Shown: positions 55,345 through 64,000 of the stretch, in pieces
Layout: the number at the start of each line of letters is the position of its first letter
Position numbering within the stretch: position 1 is the stretch's first letter
Assembly: GCA_051819685.1 (NCBI GenBank)
Contig: JBNJGI010000002.1
Location: forward strand, 2,638-66,637
Source: Nanobdellota archaeon
Lineage (GTDB): Archaea; Nanobdellota; Nanobdellia; Woesearchaeales; DATGWN01
Length of the DNA stretch: 64,000 bases
Direction of reading: 5' to 3'
Notes under the pieces: generated by a model
What the model was told of the DNA's origin: nothing
The model's input: only the letters and a program-made list of their open reading frames with translations
The model's database searches: none
Position numbers and translations under genes: made by a program

Positions 55345-55433
55345 GGCACATTTATTCAACGACATAAGATTGTTATATTTTTATATTGCCTTGCAGAAAA
55401 CCCAGAAATTTGGCCAGACTAATTCTGTCAAAT
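55345..55433 (+). repeat. R2 repeat module, copy c, with its own GGCACAT-type end
   Basis: ggcacatttattcaacgacataagattgttatatttttatattgccttgcagaaaacccagaaatttggccagactaattctgtcaaat begins immediately after the right flanking duplication of copy J. Confidence 0.8.
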
Positions 55434-55547
55434 ATTGACACTTAAAATAAAATAAGTTATATTGTTACAATAAAACATTATCACTAATTTTATTTTATAT
55501 GCTCGAAAACCAACAATTATAAAAACAAGTAGTATTGAAATTAGAAT

Positions 55548-56171
55548 ATGGTAGTGAACAGAAAATATCTTTCTAAAAATACAGCAGATAAAGTACACAA
55601 AGAATTGGAAAAAGGACTGGATCTTCTCAATGAAATCGATAAACCAATTATAACTTTTTTTGGTTCTCATAAAGGTAAACCAGGAGAAAAGTATTATGAT
55701 GCTGCGAAAAATGCATCTAAAGAACTTGTAAAAAAAGGTTATGCTATAATGTCAGGAGGTGGTCCAGGAATTATGCATGCAGCTAATTCAGGTGCTAAAG
55801 AAGTTAAGGGAGAATCTATAGGTATAGTCGCAGATATGCTTTCAGAAGAAAAAATGGCTGATAACATATTTACTCACAAAATAGCATTCGATTATATGTT
55901 TGTAAGAAGATTTATTTTAGCGATAAAAAGCGATGCTTTAATATTTTTCCCTGGAGGTTATGGTACCTTCAACGAATTATTTGAGTATATTGTTCTTATG
56001 CAGACAAAAATGGTCGAAAAAGTTCCTATTCTCTTATATGATGAGGATTTTTGGAAAAAGCTTGATGAATGGAACGATGAACTTGTAAAAAAAGAATACA
56101 TCAAGAAATCCGATCTTAAGCTTTTCAAAAGTATAAATGATATAAAAGAACTAATAAAATCGATAAAATGA
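55548..56171 (+). CDS. LOG-family / TIGR00730 Rossmann-fold nucleotide-binding protein
   Basis: SGGGPGIMHAANSGA and the PGGYGTFNELFE signature. Confidence 0.8.
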   Translation: MVVNRKYLSKNTADKVHKELEKGLDLLNEIDKPIITFFGSHKGKPGEKYYDAAKNASKELVKKGYAIMSGGGPGIMHAANSGAKEVKGESIGIVADMLSEEKMADNIFTHKIAFDYMFVRRFILAIKSDALIFFPGGYGTFNELFEYIVLMQTKMVEKVPILLYDEDFWKKLDEWNDELVKKEYIKKSDLKLFKSINDIKELIKSIK

Positions 56172-56301
56172 TTTCATTTTTTTAACAACTTATCGATATC
56201 CATAACCCTTTTATCAGTCATATTTTTACTTTTGCTTTTTATTTCTATTTCTTCCCTTAAATAATCTAATGATGAAGGCATTTTGATAATATATATTCTG
56301 A

Positions 56302-57105
56302 ATGAATAAATTTATAAAATTTAAAAACAAAAAAAACTTTAAAATGGGTTTAAATGAATTATTTGATTATGAAAAGCTTTCAAGATATCAAAAAAATATA
56401 TTTAATATATTACTATCTAGCAATCCCTTACCTGCTAACAAGATTTCTAAAATTTCAGGAGTTCCAATAGGAAAAATATATGATGAGCTTAATAATCTCA
56501 TTGAAAAAGAGATAATATCATTCAAAAACACAAGACCTCGAAAATATTATGCGAACGATCCAAAATCAACAATACAAAATCTATTAAAAAAACAAAGAAA
56601 AAAATTAGAAAACATCGAAAAATCAGCATTAGAGGAGATTGGTAATAAAAGAAATATAGCTGAAGTATATAATAATCCTTTAGATATAAGGCAAAGCCAG
56701 ATCAAAGCATTTAAATGGTCGAAAGAAGAAGTTCTTCAATGTCTTGGTATAATACATAAACCAAATGAAAATAGGGATATAAAAAGAGTATATGAAAAAG
56801 AGATAATATCTGCTGTGAAAAATGGGATTAATTTCATGGCTATATATCAAAAAGGTCATTTACCTCCTGAAACACTGATAGATTTAAGTAAAAAGTATAA
56901 AAACTTCAGGATAAAATATAGTAATTACCCGATCCCGAGGTTTGATATAATAGATGAAAACAGAGTTTTATTCAGAATACAAAACCCTTTAGATACATCT
57001 GAAACCCTGAGTAATATAATAATAAATAATGTGGATCTTGCAAAAAAACTCAAGTTAAAATTTATGACTTTATGGGATGAAAGTCATACAGATGCTGAAA
57101 AATAA
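56302..57105 (+). CDS. TrmB-family transcriptional regulator
   Basis: N-terminal wHTH (LPANKISKISGVPIGKIYDELNNLIEKEIISF) with a TrmB-like C-terminal domain and matching length. Confidence 0.5.
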   Translation: MNKFIKFKNKKNFKMGLNELFDYEKLSRYQKNIFNILLSSNPLPANKISKISGVPIGKIYDELNNLIEKEIISFKNTRPRKYYANDPKSTIQNLLKKQRKKLENIEKSALEEIGNKRNIAEVYNNPLDIRQSQIKAFKWSKEEVLQCLGIIHKPNENRDIKRVYEKEIISAVKNGINFMAIYQKGHLPPETLIDLSKKYKNFRIKYSNYPIPRFDIIDENRVLFRIQNPLDTSETLSNIIINNVDLAKKLKLKFMTLWDESHTDAEK

Positions 57106-57227
57106 CTTTAATATTATCATTCATTTTATTGTATGTACTGTCTTTTTGATTTTTATTATATGATATCACTATATAGTGTTAAAAAAAAGAAAACTTTATA
57201 ATATTCTTATATTTTTCAGCTTAAAAA

Positions 57228-57689
57228 ATGGACTATATATTTTATGAAGGGGTTTTGATACCGAATGACCAATGCTTTGAAGGTATGGGTTTATCTCCGG
57301 ATTATGGGCAGAAGGGAAAAGTTCCTAAAGGACATTTTAAAGTCTCATTAGATAGTAATTTTATTTCTGCTTTGGACCATGGAGATGTAAGGGAAGATTT
57401 TAAAGGGGTTTCTGAAGAAGCTTTAAGTAAATTTTTATGGGGCCTTGAATTAGCACAAAGTAAGACAAATGCAGATTTGCTTGAAGTTAAGATAAAAAAT
57501 GCAGGCTACAAATCTATAAAAGGAGAATTTATTCCTTATTTCAAACCTTATCACTTGAAAAGGGAAAGTGAAGTTCTGCAAGAAAGGTTTGATACTTCTG
57601 AGACAAGAAACATATCTTCAGTTTCAATTTATCCTTTAAATTCAAAGAGATTTATAAGATCTCAAAGAGATGAAGGTTTTTTTAACTGA
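57228..57689 (+). CDS. hypothetical protein
   Basis: ORF track only. Confidence 0.45.
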   Translation: MDYIFYEGVLIPNDQCFEGMGLSPDYGQKGKVPKGHFKVSLDSNFISALDHGDVREDFKGVSEEALSKFLWGLELAQSKTNADLLEVKIKNAGYKSIKGEFIPYFKPYHLKRESEVLQERFDTSETRNISSVSIYPLNSKRFIRSQRDEGFFN

Positions 57690-58929
57690 ATATAAGGCTG
57701 AAAGGGTTGCCAGTAAAAAAAGTTATTAAAGCGAACAATATAACTATCATGAAAAATAAAGCAAAAGCACCTACGAGCTTATCATTCAATTTCTTGTTTT
57801 TGCTTACTTTATTTAAAGCTAAAGAAAACATTCTTCCTCCATCTGTAATAGATGCAGGGAAAAGATTAATCAATCCTAATGAAAAAGTAATCTGTAACAA
57901 TAGAGTAAATAATCCTTTTATCCAAGAGAAAACTCCTGAAAATGGTTTTGCAAAGTCTTTAATTATCACATTATCTCTCAAATTTTTTACACCAAGAAAA
58001 CCTTTATTTTTATTATCCGGATTTTCTACAAGTTTTAGTTCATGACTATATTCTTTAACACCTTTTTCATCAATATATGAGAGAGTTATCTCCTGACCAG
58101 GTTTCATCCAATAAATATCTCTATAAAATTCATCAACAGTCTTCACTTCCTTACCATTAAGAGTATTGAATTTCTGTCCATTTTCTATACCTGCTGAATA
58201 AGCAGGATAATCTTCTTCTTTTATTACATCGAAAGTAAATCCGTCTTGCATTGTAATATTTGATTCTACTGGATTTATCATAAGCAGTATTACTAGCAAT
58301 AATGGTATCATGAGAACAAAATTAGCCATTGGTCCTGCTGAAAAAATACTATACTGAACAACATCTTTTTCTTTTTTTATTTTCTCTTCATCCGGTTCTA
58401 CAAAAGCTGCCGGAAGTAAAGGCGCAAATATAGCGAATATGCCGAAACCTGTGCTTTTCAGTTTAAGTCCGTGAGCTAAAGATACAAGCCCGTGAGCTCC
58501 TTCATGAACCAGAACGATTATGAAAATAGTAATAATCCAGTGGCTGAAACTAATATATCCTAGAACTGGTACATTGGTAAACGGAAGAAATGGAGCTACA
58601 GAAGATGATTTAGGCATGAATATAAGCTGGAAAGCTACATAAAATACTAAGAAAACTGCTAATACCATTCCGATAAAACCGACTCCAATTGAGCAATATC
58701 CGAAAAGCTTCACCAACTCTTTATGTCTTTTAGTGAATTTTTTCATCCATTTTATTCCGAATTTTCCACGATAAAGGAAAGCGTATAAAATAGGAAAAAT
58801 AATCTTTTCAAGATTGACATTCTTTTTATTTCTGTAAAGAAATACAGACATTATAATCACAAAAATTAATGCAAGTATTATATCCCAAGTGAATGCATTG
58901 TTTCCAAAACGAGATAAAAATTCAATCAT
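57682..58929 (-). CDS. site-2 protease (M50 family) with PDZ domain
   Basis: HEGAHG (HExxH) in a TM helix, a PDZ-like segment (GIENGQKFNTLNGKEVKTVDEF), and the second motif NLFPASITDGGRM. Confidence 0.75.
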   Translation of the reverse strand: MIEFLSRFGNNAFTWDIILALIFVIIMSVFLYRNKKNVNLEKIIFPILYAFLYRGKFGIKWMKKFTKRHKELVKLFGYCSIGVGFIGMVLAVFLVFYVAFQLIFMPKSSSVAPFLPFTNVPVLGYISFSHWIITIFIIVLVHEGAHGLVSLAHGLKLKSTGFGIFAIFAPLLPAAFVEPDEEKIKKEKDVVQYSIFSAGPMANFVLMIPLLLVILLMINPVESNITMQDGFTFDVIKEEDYPAYSAGIENGQKFNTLNGKEVKTVDEFYRDIYWMKPGQEITLSYIDEKGVKEYSHELKLVENPDNKNKGFLGVKNLRDNVIIKDFAKPFSGVFSWIKGLFTLLLQITFSLGLINLFPASITDGGRMFSLALNKVSKNKKLNDKLVGAFALFFMIVILFALITFFTGNPFSLIFS

Positions 58930-58964
58930 ATAATCAAATTTTTTAGCCCATTTATATATGTTCC

Positions 58965-59121
58965 GGATATAACACTTAAAATAAAATAAATGATGATATT
59001 GCCTTGAAGTAGTTTTGAATTTGCGGTAAGGAGTGAAACGACTTACAGGAGCGCAAATTCAATCAAGTTCGCCCGGAGGAACGAACATTTATTCGCAATA
59101 TCACTCATTTTTGTGAATGTT
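58965..59121 (+). mobile_element. R1 repeat, short form, copy K
   Basis: ggatataacacttaaaataaaataaatgatgatattgccttgaag...tttgcggtaaggagtgaaacgacttacaggagcgcaaa...gcaatatcactcatttttgtgaatgt. Confidence 0.8.
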
Positions 59122-59122
59122 T

Positions 59123-59192
59123 CGGATATAACACTTAAAATAAAAATCAATAATATTATCTTGAAGCAACATAACTTATTTTATGGATGTGC
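59123..59192 (+). mobile_element. R1 mini-element directly following copy K
   Basis: cggatataacacttaaaataaaaatcaataatattatcttgaag + caacataacttattttatggatgtgc. Its left TIR shares the idiosyncratic variants of copy K. Confidence 0.65.
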
Positions 59193-59291
59193 TGAATATA
59201 AAGTATATACAATAAAGTTGATGATATTATATTACTGTTGGCAGACTTTAATTGAGACGAAGTAATAAAATTTTTTATGATTTCCAGAAAA

Positions 59292-59876
59292 TTATTGATT
59301 TTTCATAGAAATCTCATATTCTATATCTTCAAGCTTGCTTAAATTATATTTAATAGAATCGAATTTTTTCCTTAAATTACCGCTCCTGAAATTGAACTTA
59401 ATCATTTCTTTATACACATAATCTGCAAAATCCTTGATTTCATAAACTTCTTCAAAATTTCTTTTTGACGCCAGCACAATAGCTCTTCTTACGAGCTCTC
59501 CTGTAAGATCTGCAACTCCTCCCAGATAACTTTCTACACTTACACCGAGATTTTCTTTAGTAGGAATATCATTATCTTTAAAACCCGAATAAAGCATTGC
59601 TTCTGCATATTCTTCACATGCATCTTTATAAGAACCTTCATTTAGAAGTTTTTTGTCTTTTTCTATTATAGAACTAAGTTTATTAAATTCTTTCTTAAGA
59701 TTATCTTCATTTTTAACTCTTTCATTACCTTCTTTCCTGTGTAAAGAATAAATAAGCTGTTTAGCATTTTTAAGAACTTTTCTTGATTGAATTATTAGTT
59801 TTTCTCTTGAAGAATCATAATTCTCATATTCTTTTTTTAGTTTGTAGAAATCAATTTTTTTTCCTTCTTTTGCCAT
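59292..59876 (-). CDS. translin-family protein
   Basis: ACEEYAEAMLY and SYLGGVADLTGELVRRAI motifs are typical of archaeal translin/TRAX. Confidence 0.7.
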   Translation of the reverse strand: MAKEGKKIDFYKLKKEYENYDSSREKLIIQSRKVLKNAKQLIYSLHRKEGNERVKNEDNLKKEFNKLSSIIEKDKKLLNEGSYKDACEEYAEAMLYSGFKDNDIPTKENLGVSVESYLGGVADLTGELVRRAIVLASKRNFEEVYEIKDFADYVYKEMIKFNFRSGNLRKKFDSIKYNLSKLEDIEYEISMKNQ

Positions 59877-60004
59877 TATTGTATTAAAAAGTGTTTCATA
59901 TTTAAATAAATTTAGAAAAATTTATAAATAAGTGTCTTTAATACTTTATAAAGATTATTGTTTAGTCAGAGTTTAGAAGAAAATCTATCTTTATTCTGGC
60001 TCAT

Positions 60005-60967
60005 ATGGGGGTTAAATCAATGGCTGGAGGATACATCCGAAAATGTCCTGAATGTGGAAGTCTGAATTTAATGTATAATAAGAATAAAGGTGAAGTCATT
60101 TGTAAAGAGTGTGGCCTTGTTCTTGAAGATAAAATGGTCGATTTTGGTCAGGAATGGCGTGAATTCGATTCCGATTCTGGTGAACAAAAAAGAAGGACTG
60201 GCGCTCCTATGACCTATACACAGTATGATAAAGGTCTTGGGACTGAAGTAGGACACAAATCAGATCTTCATACATTAGGAGGATCTAACAGGAACAAATT
60301 CTATAGATTAAGAAAATGGCAATATAGGATAAGTACAGCGATAGAAAGAAATCTTAAACTTGCATTAGGCGAACTAAAAAGAGTTTCATCATTTCTTAAA
60401 TTACCGAAAGGTGTAGAAGAAGAAGCTGCAAGAATTTATACTTTAGCAGTACAAAGAGGGCTTGTAAGAGGAAGGAGCATGGAAAGTGTTGTAGCAGGAA
60501 CATTGTATGCAGCATGCAGAAGACATGAAGTTCCACGAACTTTAGATGAATTAAGTGAATCATCAGGTATAGAAAAAAAAGAAATTGGAAGAACTTACAG
60601 ATTTATAACAAGAGAGCTTCAGATAAAAATACTTCCTTCAAACCCTGCTGATTATGTTGCAAGATTCAGTTCAAGTCTTAAGTTAAGTGCGGAAGCACAA
60701 TCATATGCTGTTGAAGTGCTTGATAAAGCGCAAGGTATCGAACTTACTTCTGGAAGAGGTCCTACAGGAATTGCAGCAGCAGCTTTATATGTAAGCGCAT
60801 TATTACATTCAGAAAAAAGGACTCAAAGAGAAGTGGCTGATGTAGCTGGTGTAACTGAAGTAACAATAAGAAACAGATATAAGGAATTGCTTGAAGAGCT
60901 GGATCTGGAAGAAGAGATTAAGAAACTCAAAAAATCAGAAAATAAAAACAAAAATAAAAAAAAATAA
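60005..60967 (+). CDS. tfb: transcription initiation factor IIB (TFB)
   Basis: Zn ribbon CPECGS...CKECG, a B-finger/linker, and two cyclin folds (...GRS.ESVVAGTLYAACR..., ...GRGPTGIAAAALYVSAL...). An alternative in-frame start at 60020 is preceded by GGGGGT. Confidence 0.9.
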   Translation: MGVKSMAGGYIRKCPECGSLNLMYNKNKGEVICKECGLVLEDKMVDFGQEWREFDSDSGEQKRRTGAPMTYTQYDKGLGTEVGHKSDLHTLGGSNRNKFYRLRKWQYRISTAIERNLKLALGELKRVSSFLKLPKGVEEEAARIYTLAVQRGLVRGRSMESVVAGTLYAACRRHEVPRTLDELSESSGIEKKEIGRTYRFITRELQIKILPSNPADYVARFSSSLKLSAEAQSYAVEVLDKAQGIELTSGRGPTGIAAAALYVSALLHSEKRTQREVADVAGVTEVTIRNRYKELLEELDLEEEIKKLKKSENKNKNKKK

Positions 60968-60979
60968 GAGGAGATATAG

Positions 60980-61291
60980 ATGAAATCATTTAAATTTACA
61001 TTTGGAAGTGTCCTTTTGATTACTTTGTTATCTTTAGGATTGCTTACAGGTTGTACTGATTCTGTAAAAAACACAGGACAATGTCAAGTTGATGAAATTC
61101 TTTTTGAAGGTACAGGAAAATGTGTTGGAACTGATATGATAAATGTATGTACGCCAGAACAAAAACAGGCTGAAGCTTGTACTATGCAATATGATCCTGT
61201 CTGTGGAAATGACGGAAAAACATATAGTAACAGTTGTGTAGCATGTTCAGAAGGTGCTGATACATGGATTGAAGGCGAATGCCCTGAATAG
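60980..61291 (+). CDS. lipoprotein with Kazal-type serine protease inhibitor domain
   Basis: Lipobox [28 protein letters not shown] fits C-x7-C-x6-Y-x3-C-x2-C exactly. A strong SD (AGAGGAG) lies upstream. Confidence 0.75.
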   Translation: MKSFKFTFGSVLLITLLSLGLLTGCTDSVKNTGQCQVDEILFEGTGKCVGTDMINVCTPEQKQAEACTMQYDPVCGNDGKTYSNSCVACSEGADTWIEGECPE

Positions 61292-61294
61292 AAG

Positions 61295-61714
61295 ATGGAT
61301 ATAAATTTCGGTCAACAAGGATCTCAAAAGAACGCTCAAAATAATAATCAAGAAAGCGCTCTTGAAGAAATAGCTGTATTAAGCAAAAGAATAAAGCTTA
61401 TAGAAAATAGCTTAAGAGGTATTAAGAATTCTTTGGAAAACCTTGAAAATAATTTCGTAACTCTCAACAAGGATGCCAGAAGGGATATAAAATCTCTTGA
61501 AGAAGAGAATGATGAATTGAAAAACACAATCTGGAACCTCAAAGAGAATATGAAGAAAATGAGTAAAGATTTCCAGAATGTTGCATCTCAAGATGATTTT
61601 AAAGTAATGCAGAAATATCTTGACTTCTGGAATCCTGTGAAATTTACAACACCTCAGATGGTGAAAAGGATAGTAAAAGACGAACTGGAATCTTTAAATA
61701 AAGATAATGATTAA
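61295..61714 (+). CDS. hypothetical coiled-coil protein
   Basis: ORF track, with heptad-rich sequence (LEEIAVLSKRIKLIENSLRGIKNSLENLENN...). Confidence 0.5.
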   Translation: MDINFGQQGSQKNAQNNNQESALEEIAVLSKRIKLIENSLRGIKNSLENLENNFVTLNKDARRDIKSLEEENDELKNTIWNLKENMKKMSKDFQNVASQDDFKVMQKYLDFWNPVKFTTPQMVKRIVKDELESLNKDND

Positions 61715-62442
61715 TTCATTTTTATATTATTAAAAAAATCTTCTTTTTTAGTATTCAGTCCTATTTTTTTAAAATAATTTACAATATTCCTTATATCTCT
61801 TTCAAGATACTCTTTTGCATGATAATCATCTTTGGACGTTGCCTGACTAAAATCTATTAAAACCGGTTTTTTATCATGATATAGAATATTATATTCAGAA
61901 AGGTCTGCATGGACAATTCCTGCATCATTATAAAGTTTGGATATTTGGTTAATCACTTCATTATAGCACTCTTTTGCCTCTTTTCTATTTTCAAAAACCA
62001 CATTTTTAAGCTGTGGTGCAATTTCTTTATCTAGACCTATGAACTCTTGGACTATTATATTCCCTTTATAGATAAAAGGTGTAGGAACTCTTATACCTTT
62101 ATTTCTTGCCAAAAGAATATTTCTATATTCCCTTTGCACCCATGCAAGAACAACATCTCTTTTTCTTGGCTTTATACTGTTGAATCTTGGATCGCTTCTT
62201 ATATAATTTATCATCTTTCTGAAATTACAGTTTTCAAGACGATATATTTTTACAACAACCTTGCTTCCATCATTTTTTTCTGCAAGAAAAAGGTTGGCTT
62301 CTTTCCCGATAGGTAAGGAGTGTGAAATCTTTTCAAAATAACCTGCATTTTCAAGATAATGGATATTATTAAGTGCGAACTTATCAAAAACATTGCTGTA
62401 AGTCTTCCAGTCTTCCCGTGATTTTTTTCTTGCCATAAACAA
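61711..62442 (-). CDS. rio1: RIO-type serine protein kinase
   Basis: GKEANLF, VVKIYR, and HADLSEYNILY...PVLIDFSQA form the RIO catalytic and metal-binding loops. Confidence 0.8.
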   Translation of the reverse strand: MFMARKKSREDWKTYSNVFDKFALNNIHYLENAGYFEKISHSLPIGKEANLFLAEKNDGSKVVVKIYRLENCNFRKMINYIRSDPRFNSIKPRKRDVVLAWVQREYRNILLARNKGIRVPTPFIYKGNIIVQEFIGLDKEIAPQLKNVVFENRKEAKECYNEVINQISKLYNDAGIVHADLSEYNILYHDKKPVLIDFSQATSKDDYHAKEYLERDIRNIVNYFKKIGLNTKKEDFFNNIKMN

Positions 62443-62598
62443 AAGATTATTCTTGCATTTATAAGTTTTATATTATCTTATTAAAAATTAATTATCAAAA
62501 AAAATTGCTCGCTTTTCAGATTAAGCCTATTTCATTATCTCAAGTTATTATAATTAATATTATTAGCTGTTAAAAAGCATCGTAAAACTTTAATTTTA

Positions 62599-62756
62599 AA
62601 GCACATTCACAAAAGTGAGTGATATTGCGAACAAATGTTCAGCCTTCTAGGTGAACTTGATTAAATTTCCGCTCCTGTAAGTCGTTTCACCCCTTACTAC
62701 AAATCCAAAAACTATTTCAAGGCAATATAAAAATATAACAATCTTATGTCGCCTAC
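62599..62756 (-). mobile_element. R1 repeat, short form, copy L, with variant (R2-type) left end
   Basis: gcacattcacaaaagtgagtgatattgcgaacaaatgttcagcc...ccgctcctgtaagtcgtttcaccccttactacaaatcc...tttcaaggcaatataaaaatataacaatcttatgtcgcc. taatttta occurs at 62591-62598 and 62757-62764. Confidence 0.75.
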
Positions 62757-62873
62757 TAATTTTAAGTTAAATTTAAAAACAATTATATATTACAATAAAT
62801 GATTTTCTGGCACCCGCAACAGGGAGGCTGGTTTAGCGGACAACAGTCTATTGTCTTGCATGAGGTTATAAAA

Positions 62874-64000
62874 ATGAGAACACATACATGCGGTGAATTA
62901 AATAAAGAAAACATAGAAACAGAAGCAACTCTTTGTGGATGGATGCACTCAAGAAGAGATCATGGTGGAGTTATATTCATAGATCTAAGAGACAGATATG
63001 GTAAGACACAAATTGTCTTCAATCCTGATTGCCAATACTTCTCTGAAGCTGATAAAGCAAGAAGAGAAGATGTAATTAAAGTTAAAGGTAAAGTAAGGGC
63101 AAGAGGACAAGATCTTATAAACCCGAAACTAAAAACAGGGGAAATTGAACTGGTGGCAGAAGAGCTTGAAATACTTAGCAAATCGGAAACTCCTCCTTTA
63201 GAAATTGATGACAATAAAGTTGCTAATGAAGATATGAGGATGGAATATAGATATCTTGATTTAAGAAGACCTGAAATGCAAAAGAATCTTAAAGCAAGGC
63301 ATGATTTTATAACAGCTATAAGAGAATATTTGAATAACAACAAATTCCTTGAGATTGAAACTCCTATGCTTGTAAAATCCACTCCGGAAGGAGCGAGAGA
63401 TTATGTAGTTCCTAGTAGAGTAAATAAAGGTAATTTTTATGCATTACCACAAAGTCCTCAATTATATAAACAAATATTGATGATTTCAGGTTGCGACAGA
63501 TATTATCAATTAGCTAAATGTTTAAGGGATGAAGATTTAAGAGCTGACAGACAACCAGAACACACACAGCTTGATTTTGAAATGAGTTTCACAAGTCAAG
63601 AAGAGATACATTCTGTAGTTGAAGGAATGATAAAACATGCTTTCAAGAAAGCTTTTGAAATAGATATTGAAACTCCTTTCACAGTCATACCGTACAAAGA
63701 AGCAATGGATAAATATGGTAGTGACAAACCTGATATAAGATATGACCTTTTCCTTAGTGATGTAAGTGATATTGTCAAAGAAAGTGATTTCGGTGTCTTT
63801 AAAGAAGTCGTTGAGAAAGGAGGGATTGTTAAAGGGATAAACGCCCCATCCAATTTTGGCAGGAAAGAACTCGATAATTATATAAACTTCGCTCAGACTA
63901 ATGGTGCTAAGGGATTAGCTTGGATGCGTGTGAATGAGAACAAAGAACTTGAAAGCAACATAGCAAAATACTTCAGTGAAGATATAAAAAGAAAATTAGT
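62874..64000 (+). CDS. aspS: aspartate--tRNA ligase, bacterial type (3' end beyond window)
   Basis: Not in track because no stop lies in the window. My translation gives MRTHTCGELNKENIETEATLCGWMHSRRDHGGVIFIDLRDRYG...FYALPQSPQLYKQILM...CLRDEDLRADRQPEHTQLDFEMSF. GAGGT lies 8 nt upstream of the ATG. Confidence 0.9.
   Translation, partial: MRTHTCGELNKENIETEATLCGWMHSRRDHGGVIFIDLRDRYGKTQIVFNPDCQYFSEADKARREDVIKVKGKVRARGQDLINPKLKTGEIELVAEELEILSKSETPPLEIDDNKVANEDMRMEYRYLDLRRPEMQKNLKARHDFITAIREYLNNNKFLEIETPMLVKSTPEGARDYVVPSRVNKGNFYALPQSPQLYKQILMISGCDRYYQLAKCLRDEDLRADRQPEHTQLDFEMSFTSQEEIHSVVEGMIKHAFKKAFEIDIETPFTVIPYKEAMDKYGSDKPDIRYDLFLSDVSDIVKESDFGVFKEVVEKGGIVKGINAPSNFGRKELDNYINFAQTNGAKGLAWMRVNENKELESNIAKYFSEDIKRKL

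Noticed and set aside
56174-56281. 35-aa minus-strand ORF (MPSSLDYLREEIEIKSKSKNMTDKRVMDIDKLLKK) in the LOG-trmB spacer.
   Set aside because: It has no recognisable family, no clear SD or TATA context, and is easily produced by chance in AT-rich DNA. The evidence is insufficient.
62790-62873. GC-richer stretch upstream of aspS (ggcacccgcaacagggaggctggtttagcggacaacagtctattgtcttgcatgagg), considered as a tRNA, C/D-box sRNA or leader RNA.
   Set aside because: No acceptor-stem complement (GGGTGCC) follows. There is no T-loop (GTTCRANNC) and no C/D boxes (RUGAUGA/CUGA). Only a short hairpin (gacaa…ttgtc) is visible. I cannot support an RNA gene call from sequence alone.
1-64000. Search for rRNA, tRNA, RNase P/SRP RNA or an autonomous transposase/integrase.
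   Set aside because: I saw no stretch with tRNA cloverleaf hallmarks or rRNA-like conserved blocks. The only GC-enriched non-coding segments are the R1 long-form inserts. No ORF shows DDE/RNase-H-like, tyrosine or serine recombinase motifs. Their absence is reported rather than forcing a call.

Overview
Strongly AT-rich (about 70% A+T by eye, not computed) chromosomal segment of an archaeon. It is probably a small-genome DPANN-type lineage. That inference rests on archaeal information-processing genes (TFB, RNA polymerase subunit L, ATP-dependent DNA ligase, PAC2, RIO kinase, TrmI, translin, Hel308-like helicase) sitting beside many bacterial-type genes (MnmA, GpsA, parvulin PPIase, bacterial-type AspRS, Kazal inhibitor). 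I support about 70 protein genes. They include hisS, cysS, aspS (3' end off-window), tgt, lig, tfb, rpoL, hcp, a copper/thiol island (copZ, an HMA-DsbD_2-cupredoxin protein split by one in-frame TAA, dsbA-like, mnmA, copA), and an Fe-S cluster locus (two nifS/iscS paralogs, an ArsR regulator, iscU). Others are a RelE-type toxin-antitoxin pair, four intact or decayed DUF4143/DUF234-type AAA ATPase genes, and a 2897-aa surface protein translationally coupled to an upstream AbrB/SpoVT-like gene. I recognised no rRNA, tRNA or CRISPR array.

The feature the gene list does not explain is a dense modular repeat system that fills most of the longer intergenic regions:
- **R1:** a ~150-nt element bounded by ~30-bp imperfect terminal inverted repeats (GGCACAT...GATATTGC / GCAATATCACTCATTTT...GTGCC). 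There are at least 7 full copies, 2 long (~310-nt) copies carrying a GC-rich ~190-nt insert, one truncated long copy, and several TIR-only minis and fragments. Two copies (C, J) have perfect 8-bp flanking duplications; a third (L) has an offset, AT-only match.
- **R2 and R3:** two further modules that recombine with R1 ends.

No transposase is present in the window, so the system looks non-autonomous (MITE-like), but a structured-RNA role is not excluded.

Other items worth a second look:
- a 1.2-kb ATPase cassette flanked by 22-bp direct repeats
- a small Zn-finger-like ORF bracketed by 66-bp R3 repeats
- a CTGA/TCAG palindrome array upstream of the AbrB/giant-protein operon
- a 50-nt identical tract shared by the two nifS paralogs
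- a cysteine-depleted ferredoxin-like ORF
- an unannotated 40-aa CCCC peptide gene between an ArsR regulator and a permease
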